Made by a program: the position numbers and the translations under genes
In this document: piece by piece, positions 58,112 to 64,000 of the stretch
Layout: each line of letters opens with the position of its first letter
Numbering within the stretch: position 1 is the first letter of the stretch
Notes under the pieces: model-generated
The model's database searches: none
What the model was told of the DNA's origin: nothing
What the model saw: the letters and a program-made list of their open reading frames with translations, nothing else
Source: Anthoceros angustus
Taxonomy: Eukaryota; Plantae; Anthocerotophyta
Reading direction: 5' to 3'
Length of the DNA stretch: 64,000 nt
Assembly (NCBI GenBank): GCA_010909165.1
Contig: VJWM01000151.1
Location: 496,001 to 560,000 of the forward strand

Positions 58112-59461
58112 CCATTTGTGGCGATGCTTTCAGTGCACCAGTTGGTTTGAGTTAGCAGTTGCAAAACAGCTTCGCATAGGTCTAGCTGTAGCACTCTTGG
58201 ATATACAGCTGTCGTTGTGCTATTTGGTTTGAGTGATGATGCTTATTTTGGGAGGTGAACATGGTCCCCAGTGTGGGAAAGGCTGTCTTTGCAGATGGTT
58301 TTGAACTGGTCAGTGCTGATCATGATTGTTGTGGAAATAAGCCCCGAGAAGTTGTCTCTCTTCTTTCCTCTTTTTCGTCTCTGTTTGTTGTTTTCCCTTT
58401 TCAGGGTAGGGCATGTGGTCGTGAGTGTGGCGTGCCGCCCCTTTATAGTTGTAGCCCTGGTAGCAACGCTTTGTAGGTTTCGGTAGAGTTCACAATTGCT
58501 TATCAAGTAGGCTTTTGTACAGGAACAAACATTCTAGTCTAGGTAGGGACTTCCTTCTTTCTTATAATGAAAGCGCCAAGACTTTTAAGACTGCCCAATC
58601 AGTGTGCCTACAATGTTGGAGCAAGTGAAAGCTTTAATCCGCCTGACAAATTGAATCACCCTATCCGCTGTTCTATGTACTTATGTACATACATAGTGTA
58701 GAACGCGGGCCATCAATGAGATGTCCCTTACGCAGCGTATACACGGAGCATTGGACCGTGCCTGACAGTGTAACGCAGGGTCGTGACATAGTCCACTCCT
58801 CCTTTCTTTGTCACGCAGCGGAGGACGCGTTCCGGGAACTTCCGCAAGGAGGGCGTCAGCGGGCTGTTCGACTCGATATGATATAGAACGCTGCTGGGCA
58901 CCCGGCCTAGAGCGTCCCCGGCCATCCAAGCTCCAAAAATAGTGGAAGTGGGAACCGCTTGCGCCGGTCGCTTGGCCCTGGAGCTGGTCTTCTCTTCCTT
59001 TCTTTCCTTTCTTTCCTGTCCTTCCTTTCCTTCCTCTCCATTGCTGCGCAGTGCCTTTCCTTTTCTTCCGTCCCTCGCCTACCTTGTTAAGCTCGTCCGA
59101 CTGGCCTCGAGGTTCCTTTGCCGTGGGCATCAAACATCACACCGGCCGGCTCCCTCCCGCCTCATTCTCGTCTTTCGTGTCTGTTCATCTACGCGCGCTG
59201 CGCCCTCCCGAGGTAAGGTGACCGTCCTTCCTGGAAGCAGAGCTCGCCTCTTTCGATTCTTGCTTGCTTAATCAAGGCACTTCAGGGTTTGATCCCGCCA
59301 AGGGGGTCATGGCTTGGCATTGTCCCTGCACACGCCGGGCGTTGCTCCTGCTCCTCGTCTGCTGCTGCGTTCGGATCGCCTTCCCCTCCCTACTTCCCCC
59401 CCACCTTTCTTACAGCTCGACGCTCTTGGTGGATGCCAGGTGAACCGCATCCGCTCTCAGG

Positions 59462-60996
59462 ATGAAGCAGGAGGATGTGGAGAAGTTGCAAGCGCGGCAG
59501 CAGTACCGCAATCTGTGGCACACGGATCTGCTGGGCACTGCCACCGCCGACTGTCCATGTATGTATTGTATGCTCGGGCTTTGATTCAAGTCGTGTGTGG
59601 AACCAGGTGGCTGCAGATCCTGAGTGACGCTCATCCCCTTGTGCTCTTGTTCCTGTCTGTGCAAACCTGGTGGCTGGCGATGGTTACAGATTTCTGCTTC
59701 GCTATCTGGTGGTGAGTATCTTGAACGGGACTTAAGTTGTCGTCTTCGGTGTTGGCTCCGCTTGGACGGGGGACAATGTAGGTTAATTCCTGCTGTGTGC
59801 TGCTTTGCAGTTCACCATGTGCCTCGTATATGCTCCGGAAGAGGGCTCTGTACGATGACATGAACAGGTGAAGGGGGTCGTGAGCTGCTGTGCACTGGCT
59901 TCGCGTGGGCATAAGACTAACACTGGACCACTAGACCGCACGCTTTTGAACCACTTGGCATGTTGCAGATACGTTTGTTGTGCAGGATACATGCCGTGCA
60001 GTGGTCGTTGCGGGGAGAGAAGCTGTCCGGAAGTCTGCTTGGCCACAGAGGTCTGTGTCAAGAGTATCTAGCCTTCTCATGGTTATGGAATATGGAATGG
60101 AGTGCATGCCTAGTCCACAGGAGGAGTCTCACGTCGAGCGTGTTTGTCTACCAGGTGTGGTGCTGTTTTGCTAACTCGGTACAGTCCACTCGGTTTCTCA
60201 TCCAAGACGAGTTCAACATTCAGACGACACCTTGCGACAACTGCATCATTGTAGGGCAACCTTGGTTTTCTCTCTTCATGTTGAGACACGTATTCTGGGA
60301 TGCAAGTCCTCACAGCTGTGTGCTTGGGCTGCAGGGCTTTATGTTCTGCTTGTCTCAAGTTGCTTGCATTTTCTCTATTGTCGCTGCAATCGTGGGGAGT
60401 GAGGAGCTATCAGAGGCCTCACAGATCCTCAACTGCCTCTCCAACGCAGTTTACTGCACGTAGGTTCTCTCTCAATTTACTGGTGGCCTGGGCACGTTTG
60501 TACCTAGACCTTTCTGAACAATTTTGGCAATGCTTGACTGACTGCCCTCGTTTTTTTGTCTGCAGGGTCTGCGCTTGTATGCAGGTAAGATCGTCTACTT
60601 TGGTATTTTTCTGCCTCGTGTGCCAGTTATTTGATTCGCAAACTTATCTCTGACCTTTTCCTGCAGACTCAACACAAAGTGGAACTGGACAAGCGGGATG
60701 GGAAAGTCGGTGACGGGCCCATGCGACCCCCTCAAGCTCAACACATGTCGCGCTTAGACAACGCCGTTCCTCCGACTGTTGGGGGTGCTCCTTACCAGCC
60801 TTACCCTGTTGGACAACCTGGCTACCCTCCTCCTCAGGCTGCTGGCTATCCCCCTCAGGGCTACCCTCCCCAGGGCTACCCTCCCCAGGGCTACCCTCCT
60901 CAACAAGCCTACCCTCCCGAGGGCTACCCTCCTGCTGGCTATCCCGCCCAAGCTCCTGGCTATCCCCCTCAGGGCCAGGCCCCTTATTACAAATAA
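59462..60996 (+). CDS. PLAC8 (cysteine-rich) family protein with GYPP-repeat tail
   Basis: MKQEDVEKLQARQQYRNLWHTDLLGT, RYVCCAGYMPCSGRCGE, TRFLIQDEFNIQTTPCDNCII, TQHKVELDKRDG, then (GYPPQ)n YYK*. Confidence 0.92.
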
Positions 60997-61309
60997 GCTG
61001 TTTATTCACGTCATCCCGACTTCTTAGTTTTGCATTTGTGATCCAACATTTCTGAACTGGGAAAAGTCTGAGTGGGCTTCTGTTGTGCGAATGGGTAGGG
61101 TGTATGGTATACGAGTAGCTTGACGATTATCGGGTGTGTGACACCAGGACTTTTACTCTGTACATTGCAGGGGATTAACGAGTTTTCTAACTTGTCCTGG
61201 CGTGCTGTGTTATTTCGGAAATTTCGAAAATGATAAGACTTTGTCAAACGTTCGGTTCGCCGATAGCTCTCCTCGATATCGAACCTTGAACTAAATCGGA
61301 CCTATGTCT

Positions 61310-61555
61310 GTACTCGAAACCGACTCAACTCGACTTGGGCAGGTCGGAAACCGCGTAGGTCGGGACTCGAACTCGGAGAGAACTCGAAACCGAGTCGACG
61401 CGGACTCGGAGAGAACTCTAAATCGAGTCGACTTGCGCAGGTTCGACATCAACTTTGACTTGGGCACGTTGGACTCGGAGAGAAACAGCCAACTCTCTGA
61501 TAAAATATTTACTTTGAACCAATTATGAACTTATTTTTATTAAATTAATAATTTA

Positions 61556-61599
<44 letters not shown>

Positions 61600-61600
61600 C
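61310..61600. repeat. Cluster of GACTCGG/CCGAGTC short repeats (MITE-subterminal-like) followed by a (TA)n microsatellite at ~61563-61597
   Basis: GACTCGGAGAGAA recurs three times with interspersed ACTCGA/TCGAGT motifs. Confidence 0.6.
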
Positions 61601-61904
61601 CAAATAGGGAGGTGAAATGGTGCTGAGTGGGTGACATCCAAACATGAGTTCAATAAAAAGGTTTCAGTTGATAGATTAATACTTAGATGAGATGTCTTAG
61701 ATTCAATATTCGAATGAGGTGCCTGGCCTTACCGGGTCGCACGGGTGGACTTAAATAAAATTCTTCTTCTTCTTCTATGTAAGTGTCCTACGGGATTACT
61801 TTCAATGAAATACTACCCTTGGCCTTGGCCCAACATTGTACTTTCAAATGAAATCCTACTCTTACGCATCGCACAATGCCGCTTGTTTTAAGAGTCGTAT
61901 GGGA

Positions 61905-62185
61905 CTCCGATGGATCAGTACTTGGATGGGGTGCCTCAAAAGAATACATGAATGAGATGCTTCTCATCCTCTGTTTCATGGTCTTACCAAGTCGTCTATA
62001 GTAAATGCATCCCCTATTTCATGGTCTTACCAAGTCGTTTATAGTAAATGCATCCCATGTTTCAGGGTCTTACCAAGTCATCTATAGTAAATGCTCTAGG
62101 CGGCTCTACGAATTAGTACTTGGATGGGTTGCTTTGAATCACTACTCGGATGGGGTGCCTAGGATCAGCACTTGGATGGGGTGCC
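61905..62185 (+). repeat. Region with four 5S C-box-like motifs and a ~41-bp tandem repeat (3 copies, ~61975-62095)
   Basis: GATCAGTACTTGGATGGGGTGC, TTAGTACTTGGATGGGTTGC, CTACTCGGATGGGGTGC and GATCAGCACTTGGATGGGGTGC; unit approximately TTTCATGGTCTTACCAAGTCGTCTATAGTAAATGCATCCC. Confidence 0.75.
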
Positions 62186-63259
62186 TCTCATCCCTCTCTC
62201 ATCCCCCTGAATCCTGGCCTTACGGTTCTCTTCTTTTGTCTCTATGAAATTCGTAGCTGCTAATTTGCCCAGCTCCCAATATTGCTCCATGTAAGATATC
62301 ACCTGCTTCCCTCTCCATGTATGCCACAATTTGCCTTACTAAGGGTGGATTCACATAGGGTGCCGACTGGAACTGACACACACTAGTTGGTATTTTACAT
62401 TCAATGATATGCTGCCATATGACATGATTACTCACTCAATTTACCTCGAAGTAATCCCAAACTAAGAGCCCCTCCCTTGCCATGGCGTGTATCCAAGCAT
62501 CTATGAAACTCAAACATGACCCGCATTCGTTTGCTCGCCATCACTCTCCCACAACTTGAATTCTTGCCCGCCCAAATGGAAAGCATCTATGAAACTCAAA
62601 CTGAGGTGAAGAAGGCTCAATCAGGCAATAAGCTAGCGCAGTCTGAGCTCTATAGCCTATTCTTCTAAAATCGGCATACATGCCAACTAGGTCAGTGTAA
62701 AGCCTAGGCCTGCAATATTATGCCCTGCCCTCCATCTGAGCATTATCTTGTTGGAACGAGCTTTTGGAACTTTGTGCACAGTATAGCACCCTAAACCCTA
62801 AACCCAGGCAAAACGTCGAGTGGCACACTATGATGCATCATGCTATGGCAATGAAGCTTCATATCGTGAGAAAAGTGTACATCCAATTGCAAGGGTCGGA
62901 TGCAACTGCTCTTTTTATTACGTACTCGTCATCTTTTGGAAACGCCTTATTAAACCTCTGAACGATGCCCAAACTGCTCTCAAATCAACAGAACCGTGTC
63001 CAGAAGCAGTTGAGTACTCAAGTCCAGGATTTGCAATAGGAATTCTTAGGTTTGGAGTCAGAAACCCGGTGCAAATGGAAAGCCTACGCAGTTATTTCCT
63101 CCTCCAGCAGGCACAACAATGAATCCAAAAACAAGAAGATAGCTTGCATAAGGCATATGCTCCAAAGAGGACATTCATGAGCCGAAAGCAAGCAAGTTAC
63201 CAAACTATTCCGAATCTGGGATAAATGCCTGATTCCAGTACAGGAAATCCAGTGTTCAT

Positions 63260-63745
63260 GCCCAGCAGCCAAGGTGAAAAAAACCTTCTTCCACCATAAG
63301 TATTCCTTCTCCATGGACAACAAGTGCCCAGCAGCCAAGGTGACAAATACCTTCTTCCACCATAAGTATTCCTTCTCCATGGACAACAAGCAGACTGTCA
63401 GAGGAGATCTGGAGCTGAGAGCAAGCCACTCAGGCAAGGCATGCACCAGTGCCAAGATAGCAAATCTTTGCTGCGGGAACTGAGAGCAAGCCACTCAGGC
63501 AAGGCATGCACCAGTGCCAAAGTAGCAAATTTTTGCTGCGGGAACTGAGAGCAAGCCACTCAAGCAAGGCATGCACCAGTGCCAAGATAGCAAAACTTCG
63601 TTGCGGGAACTTAGAGGGTTGCGAAAGTATGCTCTGCTATGCTTTGCAAAAGCTTTACTGCGGGAACTTAGATGGTTGCGAAAGTGTGGGAACTTAGATG
63701 GTTGCGAAAGTGTGGGAACTTAGATGGTTGCGAAAGTGTGCTCTG
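63260..63745. repeat. Three adjacent tandem arrays (66 bp x2, 66 bp x3, 26 bp x3-4), probably part of a retroelement continuing off the window
   Basis: CCCAGCAGCCAAGGTGA..., GGAACTGAGAGCAAGCCACTCA... and GGGAACTTAGATGGTTGCGAAAGTGT units. Confidence 0.85.
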
Positions 63746-64000
63746 CTATGCTTTGCAATCTAAATGTGCGAAGCCTCTAAAGAGCAACTTACTATGTTTC
63801 ACAATTTACATATGCTCCTTCAATGGAAAAGCAAGTGTCAAGGTAGTCATGATTTGGATGCACTTTCAGAGATGGAAAGGAGCTAAGGCTTTATAAAGAG
63901 GAAACACAACACTCCCATATAATATAGGTCATATGCACTAGGCACACTAGGGTCTAACTACACAAGCACACAAGAACACTTGCACACACCACACCCCACA

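Noticed and set aside
62788-62806. CCCTAAACCCTAAACCC telomere-like motif
   Set aside because: Only about two units; a common telo-box, not an interstitial telomere array.

Overview
Eukaryotic nuclear DNA from a seed-free land plant with flagellated sperm (hornwort, lycophyte or fern; inferred from IFT140, a PLS-class PPR gene and short GT-AG introns). Bases 1-7.2 kb are a nest of two oppositely oriented copies of one Ty3/gypsy-like LTR retrotransposon family. The + copy is decayed but carries, in order, Gag (CCHC knuckle), protease, a DNMT3-type C5-cytosine methyltransferase (motifs I, II, IV, VI, VIII, IX and X in order), an RT stub and a C-terminal PHD finger. The family also has an antisense 5S-rRNA internal-promoter-like motif in its leader and a primer-binding site complementary to its own LTR just downstream of the TATA box (Tf1-like self-priming) instead of a tRNA. 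This is the most unusual system in the window. The gene-dense remainder holds an AT3G12590-like protein, two intronless GC-rich L-gulonolactone-oxidase-like genes ending in KEEL and KDEL, OEP24, a PLS-E+ PPR gene with a duplicated 3' end, a GNA-type lectin, an unknown coiled-coil protein, BADC, an apparently N-terminally truncated IFT140 head-to-head with TRM6, Alba/Rpp25-like and PLAC8. It also contains hAT MITEs, a CACTA end, copia remnants, non-LTR 3' fragments and tandem repeats. All family assignments come from motif recognition by eye; no database search was run. Some frameshifts may be long-read indel errors.
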